From a virus (lineage: Duplodnaviria > Caudoviricetes): DNA of 32,632 nucleotides. Within the stretch, counting starts at the first letter, position 1; each line of letters opens with the position of its first letter. The stretch covers positions 1 to 32,632 of IMG/VR virus record IMGVR_UViG_3300017766_000824; one strand, given 5' to 3'. Of the stretch, positions 9,954-18,731 are shown one piece after another. Below the pieces are notes generated by a model, which had not been told where the DNA came from, searched no databases, and saw nothing but the letters and a program-made list of their open reading frames with translations. Made by a program: the position numbers and the translations under genes.

Positions 9954-10205
9954 ATGAGTACGTTAGAATTAATTGATTTAGCAATTGCTGGAGATAAAGA
10001 AGCACTATCAACAGCATTTAATAATGCTATGGCTGCTAAAGTCACTGATGCATTAGAAATTAAGAAAGTAGAGATTGCATCTAACCTTTTAGGTACAGAA
10101 AACTCAAATGAAATTACAGACACTACGAGCGAAGTTGACGGAACAGATGGAAACGCAGAGTTCCAGTCTGAGCCAGCAACAGCAGAATCTACAGAAACAG
10201 AATAG
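9954..10205 (+). CDS. gp67: Small acidic prohead core protein, gp67-like
   Basis: Lies directly after the portal gene; helical N-terminus (AFNNAMAAKVTDALE.KK.EIA) with an acidic tail; good SD. Confidence 0.65.
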   Translation: MSTLELIDLAIAGDKEALSTAFNNAMAAKVTDALEIKKVEIASNLLGTENSNEITDTTSEVDGTDGNAEFQSEPATAESTETE

Positions 10206-10893
10206 AACCAATACACAACGTATTGCTCAATTAATTAGAGCTGGTTTAATGAAGACCAGTGAACTTCCTGCGCTTAAAATTGCGATGGCTAGACACGCAA
10301 AAGTTGGTGATGTTGCTAAACTACCTAAAAATCAGCGCGATGTGCTGGATCGATACTATAAATCTACATCTACCGCAGCTCTTGGTTCTCAGCAATCTGT
10401 AGCAGCAGTTCGTAGAAACATAATGAGCGGTTATGAAATTTCTCGCGACGACTATATTACAGAAGCGACATTTCAAGACCCTCCTATGGTTTTGGTGTTA
10501 AAACGTAAGGGTGTTCGTATTTTTCCAGATGGAAAAAGAGTTGCGCTATACGTCAACGAAAAATTAAATTTATCTGTTTCTATGCCATATTCTTCAACTG
10601 GTCCAGAACAAAATTTGGTTGGAGTTTCTGAAGAAACTGTAATGGAAAATATTGATCAAGTTGCTGCGTTTGCGCAACAAAACAATGTAACATCAAACGC
10701 AAAACATTTTAAGTTTGCTGACGGCAGCAAATTAAAAGTCAGTCATGGTGCAGCAAAAGCCATTCATATGGTTCATGGCGCATTGAATGATGAGAACAAA
10801 AAGAAGTTTGCTGATATGCTTACAACTCCAAAAGGATTTGAGAAAGCAGCGCATTTTGCATTAAGTAAAGTTAATTTTACGATAAACAAATGA
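10108..10893 (+). CDS. Putative internal head / prohead core protein
   Basis: 261-aa ORF between gp67 and gp68. MKLQTLRAKLTE start and several (L/I/V)-x-E sites typical of gp21-processed proteins. Start uncertain (alternative ATG at 10147). Confidence 0.6.
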   Translation: MKLQTLRAKLTEQMETQSSSLSQQQQNLQKQNRTNTQRIAQLIRAGLMKTSELPALKIAMARHAKVGDVAKLPKNQRDVLDRYYKSTSTAALGSQQSVAAVRRNIMSGYEISRDDYITEATFQDPPMVLVLKRKGVRIFPDGKRVALYVNEKLNLSVSMPYSSTGPEQNLVGVSEETVMENIDQVAAFAQQNNVTSNAKHFKFADGSKLKVSHGAAKAIHMVHGALNDENKKKFADMLTTPKGFEKAAHFALSKVNFTINK

Positions 10894-11192
10894 GTACAGT
10901 ATTAGAAGTTGTAAAGCAAATTATTGCTGAAGCAAATGTCCAAAAAATGGGACGTAAGAAACTTGTTCGCGCACGTGTTCGTGGTGGAAAAGTACAACGC
11001 CGTAAAGTTGTTTCAGCAGTAAAAGGTTATACAGTTCGCGGTGGAAAATTAACGAGAATGTCTTCTTCAGAAAGATTAAAAAGAAAAATTTCTCAGCGTA
11101 AGGCAAAAATTAAACGTAAGGCTAAAGCAGCGCGTGCTCTTATAAAGAGAAAACGTTCACTTAGAAAACGCAAATCATTGGGGTTAAAATAA
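10890..11192 (+). CDS. gp68: Basic prohead core protein, gp68-like
   Basis: Very K/R-rich; ends RKRSLRKRKSLGLK like the T4 gp68 C-terminus; immediately before gp21. Confidence 0.75.
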   Translation: MSTVLEVVKQIIAEANVQKMGRKKLVRARVRGGKVQRRKVVSAVKGYTVRGGKLTRMSSSERLKRKISQRKAKIKRKAKAARALIKRKRSLRKRKSLGLK

Positions 11193-11837
11193 ATGAAACT
11201 CATTACAGAAACAATTGAAGAAGTAAAGATGATCACCGAAGAAAAAAATGGTGTAAAGACACTCTTCATTCAAGGTCCATTCCTCGTTGCAGAAGCAAAA
11301 AACCGTAACGGTCGTATGTATAAGACTGACACTCTTGCAAAAGAAGTAGATCGTTACAACGAAGAATATGTTTCTAAAAATCGCGCATTCGGCGAGTTGG
11401 GTCATCCAGACTCCCCATCAATCAATCTAGATCGCGTTTCACACCTCATCACTTCATTGAAGCAAGAAGGCAATCAATGGATTGGTAAGGCTAAAATTCT
11501 TGAAACACCAATGGGTAAAATCGCTAAGTCCTTAATGGAAGGTGGTGCTACTCTTGGTGTATCATCACGAGGCATGGGTTCACTTAAAGAAGTGAATGGT
11601 GTCAATGTGGTACAAGACGATTATTATCTAGCCACAGCGGCAGATATCGTAGCGGATCCGTCCGCACCAGGCGCTTTTGTTCAAGGCATTATGGAAGGTA
11701 AGGAATGGGTATGGGATAACGGTAAGGTCAAGGAAATTGACATTAATCGTTACTATGAACAAATTAAAAATGCTAAACAAAAGCAATTAGATGAAGTTGC
11801 ATTGAAGATATTCTCGAACTTCGTGTCAAAACTTTAA
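11193..11837 (+). CDS. gp21: Prohead core protease gp21
   Basis: KNRNGRMY, GELGHP, VSSRGMGS and DIVADPSAPGAF motifs. Confidence 0.97.
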   Translation: MKLITETIEEVKMITEEKNGVKTLFIQGPFLVAEAKNRNGRMYKTDTLAKEVDRYNEEYVSKNRAFGELGHPDSPSINLDRVSHLITSLKQEGNQWIGKAKILETPMGKIAKSLMEGGATLGVSSRGMGSLKEVNGVNVVQDDYYLATAADIVADPSAPGAFVQGIMEGKEWVWDNGKVKEIDINRYYEQIKNAKQKQLDEVALKIFSNFVSKL

Positions 11838-11841
11838 ATTT

Positions 11842-11849
11842 TATAAATA
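11842..11849 (+). promoter_or_regulatory. T4 late promoter (TATAAATA) for gp22-gp23
   Basis: Exact T4 late consensus in the intergenic region; SD AGGAG before ATG 11877. Confidence 0.75.
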
Positions 11850-11876
11850 ATATTACTTCTTCAGGAGTTAAAACAA

Positions 11877-12953
11877 ATGAGTAAGACATTATCAGAATCT
11901 GCTGCTGAAATCCTAAAAGCATCACTTGCATCCGCAGGTAAGGAACCAGTCGCAAAATTACCAGCCGAAGAGGAAGATCTCGGCGGCGCAACAGAAACAG
12001 ATCCAGCTGGCGGCGACGTCGGCAAGAAGGCTGCAGCAAGCGTAACGCAAGCAGCAGTGCCAGCCGCAAAGGGCGACGCAAAATCTGCTAAAACACACGC
12101 TATGGAAGAAACAGAAGCTGATGAGTCAGCTGAAGTTGTAGCGGAAGATGTTGAAGAGATTTCTGAAGAAGATCTAGCAGAAGCCAAGAAAAAGATGAAG
12201 ATGGACATGGTTGCCAAGCACAAAGGTTCAATGGCAGAAGATGTCGATGCTCTCTTCAATGGCGAATCCCTATCAGAAGAATTCCGCACAAAAGCAACAA
12301 CAATTTTCGAAGCAGCTGTTCAGTCTCGCGTAGAAAAGATTGTTGAAGATGTTATCAGCGAAAATGACGCTGTTCTAGCAGAAGCCGTTGAAGAAATCAA
12401 GGGCGAACTAGCTGCGCAAGTTGATGAGTATCTCAACTATGTTGTTGAGCAATGGATGGAAAATAACGCAGTAGCAATTGAATCAGGTCTACGCGCAGAG
12501 TTAACTGAAGACTTTATCAATGGTCTTAAGAATCTCTTCGCAGAGCACTACATTGATCTTCCAGAAGAGAAGCTCGAAGTTGCTGAATCACTTGCTGAAA
12601 AGGTTGTTGAGTTAGAAGAAGCAGCAGTGGCTCACCAAGAGCAATTTGTTGTTCTATCAAAGGAACTCAACGAAGCCAAGAAGAATGAATCAATTCGCAA
12701 GATTTGTGAAGGTCTAACCGAAGTACAAGTCGGCAAAATGAAATCGCTCGCAGAGGGCGTGGAGTTCACCACAGAGGGTGAGTTTAATAATAAGCTCGCA
12801 GTAATTCGCGAGAACTACTTCCCAGCCACAAAAGTGAAAAGTGAGGTTACGGCTGTACAAGAAACGACGGTTTCTGAAGAAACACCAGAAGTAGAAGCAA
12901 CTGGTATTATGTCACATTATGTTAAGGCAATTTCAAAATCACTACCAAAGTGA
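11877..12953 (+). CDS. gp22: Prohead core scaffold protein gp22
   Basis: Acidic coiled-coil; LSEEFRTKATTIFEAAV, YLNYVVEQWMENN and LFAEHYID motifs. Confidence 0.95.
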   Translation: MSKTLSESAAEILKASLASAGKEPVAKLPAEEEDLGGATETDPAGGDVGKKAAASVTQAAVPAAKGDAKSAKTHAMEETEADESAEVVAEDVEEISEEDLAEAKKKMKMDMVAKHKGSMAEDVDALFNGESLSEEFRTKATTIFEAAVQSRVEKIVEDVISENDAVLAEAVEEIKGELAAQVDEYLNYVVEQWMENNAVAIESGLRAELTEDFINGLKNLFAEHYIDLPEEKLEVAESLAEKVVELEEAAVAHQEQFVVLSKELNEAKKNESIRKICEGLTEVQVGKMKSLAEGVEFTTEGEFNNKLAVIRENYFPATKVKSEVTAVQETTVSEETPEVEATGIMSHYVKAISKSLPK

Positions 12954-12982
12954 TAATTTAACTTAGAACGGAGAAATCTATC

Positions 12983-14314
12983 ATGTATCTTAACGAAACA
13001 CATGCAAAGAAGTGGGCTCCAGTTCTTGATCACCCAGAACTCCCAAAGATCAGCGACCCATACAAGCGCGCTGTTACTGCACTAGTTCTCGAGAACCAAG
13101 AACGCGCCCTACAAGAAGAAGCTGCCAATTATGGTCGTTTGTTCGAAGCAACACCAGTAAACGTTGCTCCAACAGCACCAGGATCAGGCAATATCCAGGG
13201 CTTCGACCCAATCCTAATCGGATTGGTACGTCGTGCTCTTCCAAACCTAATGGCATATGACGTTTGCGGCGTGCAGCCAATGACAGGTCCAACAGGACTT
13301 ATCTTCGCAATGCGCTCACGTTATGCAGCACCAAACGGCGACGAAGCATTGTTCAATGAAGCAAACACCGTGTTCGCAGGAACAAACGGAAACGGCACAG
13401 TTGCAAATGCAATCGTATCACTAAGCCAAAACGTTGCAGCAATGTCAATGGCAAACACTGGTACAGGTCTAGCCACAGCAACTGCTGAAACACTTAACAT
13501 GGCAAATATGGCGTTCTCAATCGAGCGCGTATCTGTCACTGCTAAGACACGCGGTCTACAAGCATCCTACACAATGGAACTTGCACAAGACCTCAAGGCA
13601 ATTCACGGTCTCGACGCAGAAACAGAATTGACAAATATTTTGTCAACAGAAATTCTTGCTGAAATCAACCGCGAAGTTATCCGTACAGTCTACGCAACAG
13701 CAAATGTTGGTATCGTAGGCGTATCTTCCGCCATCTTCGACCTAAACCGTACAGACGCAACAAACGTTGCTGCTGGTATCGGCACTTCAGGTCGCTGGCA
13801 GGTTGAGAAGTACAAGAGCATGTTGTTCGCAATCGAACGCGCAAGCAATAAGATTGCCAAGGACACACGTCGCGGTAAGGGTAACTTGCTCATCGTTTCA
13901 ACCGATGTTGCATCTGCTCTAGCAATGACTGGTCTTCTTGACTACAACTCAGCACTATCAAACAACACAAACCTAACAGTTGACGATACAGGCAATACCT
14001 TCGCAGGTACGCTATTCGGACGCTTGAAGGTCTATGTTGATCCATACTCTGTTGCTGGATCAGACTATGTTGTGGTTGGATACAAGGGCTCATCACCATA
14101 TGATGCTGGCTTGTTCTACTGCCCATACGTCCCACTACAAATGGTTCGTGCTATCGACCCTGACAACTACCAACCAAAGGTTGGATTCAAGACTCGCTAC
14201 GGCATGGTCTCAAATCCATTCGCAGGTGGTACAAATGCCTCACTAGCAGGTGCGCTAACGACAGATACAAATGTCTACTACCGCAAGTTTGCATTGTTAG
14301 GTATTGCTCAGTAA
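12983..14314 (+). CDS. gp23: Major capsid protein gp23
   Basis: CGVQPMTGPTGLIFAMRSRY, ELAQDLKAIHGLDAETEL, YDAGLFYCPYVPL and GFKTRYG motifs. Confidence 0.98.
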   Translation: MYLNETHAKKWAPVLDHPELPKISDPYKRAVTALVLENQERALQEEAANYGRLFEATPVNVAPTAPGSGNIQGFDPILIGLVRRALPNLMAYDVCGVQPMTGPTGLIFAMRSRYAAPNGDEALFNEANTVFAGTNGNGTVANAIVSLSQNVAAMSMANTGTGLATATAETLNMANMAFSIERVSVTAKTRGLQASYTMELAQDLKAIHGLDAETELTNILSTEILAEINREVIRTVYATANVGIVGVSSAIFDLNRTDATNVAAGIGTSGRWQVEKYKSMLFAIERASNKIAKDTRRGKGNLLIVSTDVASALAMTGLLDYNSALSNNTNLTVDDTGNTFAGTLFGRLKVYVDPYSVAGSDYVVVGYKGSSPYDAGLFYCPYVPLQMVRAIDPDNYQPKVGFKTRYGMVSNPFAGGTNASLAGALTTDTNVYYRKFALLGIAQ

Positions 14315-14356
14315 TAATTTGCTAAATTAAATAATAATAAAGCAAATTGAACTAGA

Positions 14357-14385
14357 GGGGGGACAGAAATGTCCCCCCTTTTTTT
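14357..14385 (+). terminator. Rho-independent terminator after gp23
   Basis: GGGGGGACA-GAAA-TGTCCCCCC perfect 9-bp stem followed by T7. Confidence 0.92.
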
Positions 14386-14386
14386 A

Positions 14387-14395
14387 TACTAAATA
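14387..14395 (+). promoter_or_regulatory. T4-type late promoter (TACTAAATA) for gp3
   Basis: Immediately after the terminator and about 30 nt before ATG 14427. Confidence 0.65.
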
Positions 14396-14426
14396 AATTA
14401 AGAACAAATCAACGTGCGGAATTTCA

Positions 14427-14987
14427 ATGACGGCACTAAACCGAAATCCATCAAATATAGATTTATTGCAAAGTACAAAATTTCGTGTTACGTTTGCTAG
14501 ACTGCCAGGAATAACTTACTTTTGCAATAGCGCAAATCTACCAGGAATTTCATTAACAGAAATACCAATGCCAACTCCATTCGTAGATCTATATCTACCA
14601 GGAGAAAAGGCAGTGTATGATACGTTTAATCTTACGTTCTTAGTTGACGAAGATCTTCGTGCTTGGACTGAGATACATGATTGGATTAGAGGTGCAACAT
14701 TCCCAACTAATTTTGAAGAATATGTAAATCTAAAAAGATCTCAGCCAACTACAAACATAAGAGCAATAAGCACAAAACCATCAGTTTATACTGACGCAAC
14801 ATTAACAATTTATTCTAGCAAAAACAATCCAAACTTTAGAATAAAATTGGTTGACGTGTTTCCTACCACTGTGGGATCTCTCTTATTTTCGGCAAGTGAT
14901 AGTGCAGAAAACATTATAACTGCCGACGCTACATTCAGATTTTCATACTATAACTATGAGAGACTTAAAGAAACTGGTGTCGCTTAA
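14427..14987 (+). CDS. gp3: Tail completion / tube terminator protein gp3-like
   Basis: YFCNSANLPGI, FLVDEDL.AW.EIHDWI and DATLTI motifs (tube-protein fold); gp23-gp3-uvsY-uvsW synteny. Confidence 0.85.
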   Translation: MTALNRNPSNIDLLQSTKFRVTFARLPGITYFCNSANLPGISLTEIPMPTPFVDLYLPGEKAVYDTFNLTFLVDEDLRAWTEIHDWIRGATFPTNFEEYVNLKRSQPTTNIRAISTKPSVYTDATLTIYSSKNNPNFRIKLVDVFPTTVGSLLFSASDSAENIITADATFRFSYYNYERLKETGVA

Positions 14988-15002
14988 CGCTCGACATAGT
15001 CT

Positions 15003-15031
15003 ATTATATAGAAGCATTGTTTTTATGTCAA
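15003..15031 (-). promoter_or_regulatory. Consensus sigma70 promoter on the minus strand (antisense to gp3)
   Basis: Reverse complement reads TTGACA (15031-15026), 17-bp spacer, TATAAT (15008-15003). Confidence 0.7.
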
Positions 15032-15043
15032 CCTATTGTTAAT

Positions 15044-15072
15044 TTGCTTTATGGAGCGACATATAGTATATT
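15044..15072 (+). promoter_or_regulatory. sigma70-like promoter for the uvsY operon
   Basis: TTGCTT (15044-49), 17-bp spacer, TATATT (15067-72). Confidence 0.55.
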
Positions 15073-15101
15073 AATCGCTCGATTAACTATCTTATTTGTT
15101 T

Positions 15102-15551
15102 ATGGCAATCGAAACACCACCTCTTGAAACAATTATTGAACAATGGGAAAGAGACTCAGACGTTGATTCAACTGAGCCTGGTAAAGAGATCATTCGTATT
15201 CCCTTGCTGCACAATAAGTATAACAAATTCTTGTCGTTGCACAATCTATCTGCAAAGAAAGCAGCAATAGAATATGACCGCATGAAAAAACTCAAGTGGA
15301 TGTATTTCACAGGTAAGTTAGATCAAGAAGAATTAGATAAACTTGGTTGGGAACCGTTTAGGTTTACTCTCAAATCTGATATCAACGTATATCTCGATGG
15401 TGATGATGACCTTAACAAACTCAAAAGAAAAAAATCATATCACGAAGAAACCGCAAAGTTTTGCGAAAACGTGATGAAGGAACTCAATTCTAGGACGTAT
15501 CAACTAAAAGCCTATATGGATTGGGAGCGGTTTATTCAGGGTGCGAAATGA
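15102..15551 (+). CDS. uvsY: Recombination mediator UvsY
   Basis: W..DS.VD, IPLLHNKY, WMYFTGK and R.YQLK...DWERF.QG motifs; ATG 15102 preferred over TTG 15096. Confidence 0.92.
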   Translation: MAIETPPLETIIEQWERDSDVDSTEPGKEIIRIPLLHNKYNKFLSLHNLSAKKAAIEYDRMKKLKWMYFTGKLDQEELDKLGWEPFRFTLKSDINVYLDGDDDLNKLKRKKSYHEETAKFCENVMKELNSRTYQLKAYMDWERFIQGAK

Positions 15552-16204
15552 TAGGAGCAACAGCAAATATCAATGTTCCATATGTCCTTTTTACTCTTGA
15601 TGAAGAAGAGCATAATTTATTTAAGAAAATATCACAAAAATTTCAGTCAGATATTAAAAATAAAAAATCGCTGAGAAATGGAAAACACACCCTTGCTGGT
15701 CAAATTGAAAACGAATATCATATTGATGATGAAGAGATCAGCAACAAAATAATAAACATTTTAAATCCTGCTGTTGGATATCACTATGACAATTATAATT
15801 ATTTAAAAGATTTAACCATAAATTCTACAGTTCGCCCTTTAAAGTTAGATAAAGTTTGGATAAATTTACAAAAAAAATATGAGTACAACCCAGCACACTT
15901 TCATAGTGGTGTATTAAGTTTTGTTATTTGGGTTGAAATTCCTTATTTAATTGAAGATGAAAATACTCATCCTACTAGTAAGGGATCAACATTTCAGTGC
16001 AATGGAAATTTTTATTTCTTAAATGCTGGAATTATGCCCTTGACTAATTGTAATGTCCAACAAACAGTCATAAAGGCTGACAAAACTTTTGAAGGAAAGG
16101 GATTATTGTTTCCATCATATTTAATGCATGGTGTTTACCCATTTTATACAAGTAACAAATATAGAGTTTCTATTTCTGGAAACTTTGTGATAGATGTTGG
16201 TTGA
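15548..16204 (+). CDS. Putative 2OG-Fe(II) oxygenase (phage HxH type)
   Basis: WINLQKKYEYNPAHFHSG.LSFVIW, LLFPSYLMHGVYPF and RVSISGN motifs. ATG 15548 overlaps the uvsY stop (ATGA). Confidence 0.82.
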   Translation: MIGATANINVPYVLFTLDEEEHNLFKKISQKFQSDIKNKKSLRNGKHTLAGQIENEYHIDDEEISNKIINILNPAVGYHYDNYNYLKDLTINSTVRPLKLDKVWINLQKKYEYNPAHFHSGVLSFVIWVEIPYLIEDENTHPTSKGSTFQCNGNFYFLNAGIMPLTNCNVQQTVIKADKTFEGKGLLFPSYLMHGVYPFYTSNKYRVSISGNFVIDVG

Positions 16205-16207
16205 GTT

Positions 16208-17671
16208 ATGTGCGACATTAGAGTTGAAAAAACTGATAACATATATGCTAGAGTTTATGCTGAAGATTCAATTCTGCAAGAAATGTCAGAGTTCTTTACC
16301 TTTTCGACTCCTGGTTATCAATTCAGCCCTGCGTTTAAGAATCGTTACTGGGACGGAAAGATCAGATTATTAAATTTAAAAACAAAACAAATTTATGCTG
16401 GTCTTGTTGGCTATATAAAAACGTTCTGTAAAAATAACAACTACACCTTTGAGGTTATAGATGAAGACAAGGAAGTCTTTCCGATCGACACGAAGAATCT
16501 TGCGTCTGCTCTCTCGCTTCCCATGGAACCCAGAGATTATCAGTATCTTGCGTCTAGCGTCGGACTTACAAAAAAAAGAACTGTACTCATTTCACCGACC
16601 GCGAGTGGCAAGTCGCTTATAATCTACATGATGATTCGCCACTTATTAAATAGTGGCAAGAAGCGAGGATTGTTAATTGTTCCTACAATTAACCTAGTGA
16701 CTCAGATGCACTCAGATTTTAAAAACTATTCCAGCAATAATGGTTGGGATGTAGATAAGCACTGTCAGAAAATTTTTGGCGGCGAAAGTAAAATACCAGA
16801 TAGTGATCTTATCATTTCTACTTGGCAGTCAATATATGAAATGCCGAAGAAATACTTTGCGCAGTTTGATTTCGTAATTGGCGACGAGGCTCACACATTT
16901 AAAGCCAAGTCACTCACTGCTATCATGACTAAACTTATTAACTGCGACGTTCGCGTAGGCACTACAGGAACGTTAGACGATTCAAAAGTGAACAAACTTG
17001 TTCTTGAAGGTTTGTTCGGTCCAGCGTTCAAAGTTATATCTACAAAAGAACTTATTGAACGTAAACAACTTGCAAATTTTAGCATTAAATGTATTGTCTT
17101 AAAATATCCAGACTCAGTTTGTAAAGCAATCAAGGGATTAACTTATCCAGAAGAGATGAATTTTTTGACTCAACATGAAGGTCGAAATAACTTTATATGT
17201 GATCTTGCGATTAATTTAAAAGGCAATAGTCTAATTTTATTTACTTATGTAGAGAAACACGGTAAAATACTATACGAACTGATTAAAGATAAAGCCAATA
17301 ATCGTAAAGTGTTTTTTATTCATGGTGGGGTTGAGGCTGAAGATCGCGAAGCAGTGAGACATATCACTGAACAGGAAACTGATGCGATCATTGTAGCCAG
17401 TTATGGAACATTCTCGACAGGTGTGAATATCCGTAACCTACATAATATTGTATTCTCTTCTCCCACAAAGAGTAAGATCCGTTCTCTGCAATCAATTGGT
17501 CGTGTGCTTCGTCTTGGTGATAACAAAGATGCCGCTACACTTTACGATATCGCTGATGATTTAAGGTACGGTCCTTATACAAACTTCACATTGAAGCATT
17601 ATGAGGAACGAGTGAAGATTTATAGCGAAGAAAAGTTTCCTTTTACAACTAATAACGTAAGGATAAATTAA
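16208..17671 (+). CDS. uvsW: RNA-DNA/DNA helicase UvsW (SF2)
   Basis: WDGKIRL, PTASGKS, DEAH, TGT and QSIGRVLR motifs. Confidence 0.96.
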   Translation: MCDIRVEKTDNIYARVYAEDSILQEMSEFFTFSTPGYQFSPAFKNRYWDGKIRLLNLKTKQIYAGLVGYIKTFCKNNNYTFEVIDEDKEVFPIDTKNLASALSLPMEPRDYQYLASSVGLTKKRTVLISPTASGKSLIIYMMIRHLLNSGKKRGLLIVPTINLVTQMHSDFKNYSSNNGWDVDKHCQKIFGGESKIPDSDLIISTWQSIYEMPKKYFAQFDFVIGDEAHTFKAKSLTAIMTKLINCDVRVGTTGTLDDSKVNKLVLEGLFGPAFKVISTKELIERKQLANFSIKCIVLKYPDSVCKAIKGLTYPEEMNFLTQHEGRNNFICDLAINLKGNSLILFTYVEKHGKILYELIKDKANNRKVFFIHGGVEAEDREAVRHITEQETDAIIVASYGTFSTGVNIRNLHNIVFSSPTKSKIRSLQSIGRVLRLGDNKDAATLYDIADDLRYGPYTNFTLKHYEERVKIYSEEKFPFTTNNVRIN

Positions 17672-18114
17672 TGTCTGAAGATGTTATTGCATACAATAGA
17701 GGTGAACTTAAATTTGTTCGCCTTAAAAATATTCCAGACGATTTAATTGGATATGTCTCATATAAAGATGAATGTATTGTCATAGAAACACCCCTAAGAA
17801 TTGAAATTGAAACATATTTTGAAGAAGGCAGACAAATCCTTGCTATGCAAGAATACCTTCCTCAATCGGTTATTGAACTCAGAGAAATAGAGATTCCTAT
17901 GGCTGATGTTTTGTTTGCAACTCCAGTTCGCAAAGAATTTTATGAGCAATATGAATATGTAAGTGATTTTTTCTACAACAATACGCACAATTTAAATAAA
18001 CCAAAAAAGAAAAAGACTCGCGGGAAAAAGAATGATGATGACGATGAAGAAGCACAACAAAATGTAGTATCATTCTTAGAAGCAATGGCAAAAAAAGATA
18101 AACCAATTCATTAA
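17671..18114 (+). CDS. Conserved T4-like hypothetical protein (possible Sm-like fold)
   Basis: KFVRLK...DDLIG beta-rich N-terminus and a charged tail ending IH; usual position between uvsW and gp55. Confidence 0.6.
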   Translation: MSEDVIAYNRGELKFVRLKNIPDDLIGYVSYKDECIVIETPLRIEIETYFEEGRQILAMQEYLPQSVIELREIEIPMADVLFATPVRKEFYEQYEYVSDFFYNNTHNLNKPKKKKTRGKKNDDDDEEAQQNVVSFLEAMAKKDKPIH

Positions 18115-18124
18115 AAAATAAATT

Positions 18125-18730
18125 ATGACGCCTCATGGTCACACAAAACCATTCGATCACATCATCATAGACGATTTCCTTGATGAAAATTCCTTCAAAC
18201 AAGTTTTTCAAGAAATTTTATCGCTTACCCCCAGTTTAGTTGATCCTAAAGAAACAAAAGCTGCTGCTGTAGGAGGAAAACCTATAAAGCGAGGATCAGG
18301 TATTTGTATAGACTCAGTATATAAACAAAGAAATTTATCTAAAATCTTAACATTTTTTGATAAATTGTTTTGTTCTGACGTATATTCTGCTGCTAATGAT
18401 GCTGGTTGCCTTTTTAAATACTATCTAAAAAAAACAAATGCAGATTATACTTTACTACAAAGTTATGGAAATGGAGACTTTTATGATACCCATGATGATG
18501 TTGCATTATTTACATCAGTAACTTTATTTCATAAAGAACCAAAAAAATATACAGGTGGAATTTTATGTTTTCCAGATTACAATTACGAAATCGATTTAAA
18601 TAATAATCAAACAATAATTTTCCCTTCTGGGATATTCCATAAAGTTTCTAAAATTACCAAAAAAGATAACGATATTGCGAATAATCGATTCACAATTACT
18701 AAATTCATCCACTACAAAACGATCAATTAA
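18125..18730 (+). CDS. 2OG-Fe(II) oxygenase, prolyl-4-hydroxylase-like
   Basis: HIIIDDFL, YGNGDFYDTHDD (HxD), YTGGILCFP, IIFPSGIFHKV and RFTI motifs. Confidence 0.85.
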   Translation: MTPHGHTKPFDHIIIDDFLDENSFKQVFQEILSLTPSLVDPKETKAAAVGGKPIKRGSGICIDSVYKQRNLSKILTFFDKLFCSDVYSAANDAGCLFKYYLKKTNADYTLLQSYGNGDFYDTHDDVALFTSVTLFHKEPKKYTGGILCFPDYNYEIDLNNNQTIIFPSGIFHKVSKITKKDNDIANNRFTITKFIHYKTIN

Positions 18731-18731
18731 T

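Noticed and set aside
4314-14314. Introns, inteins or homing endonucleases in gp17, gp20 or gp23
   Set aside because: ORFs are uninterrupted and of normal length; no splicing or endonuclease motifs seen.
18675-18731. TTG-start extension of gp55
   Set aside because: Overlaps the oxygenase gene; conserved gp55 sequence begins at MAKNHYINN (18732).
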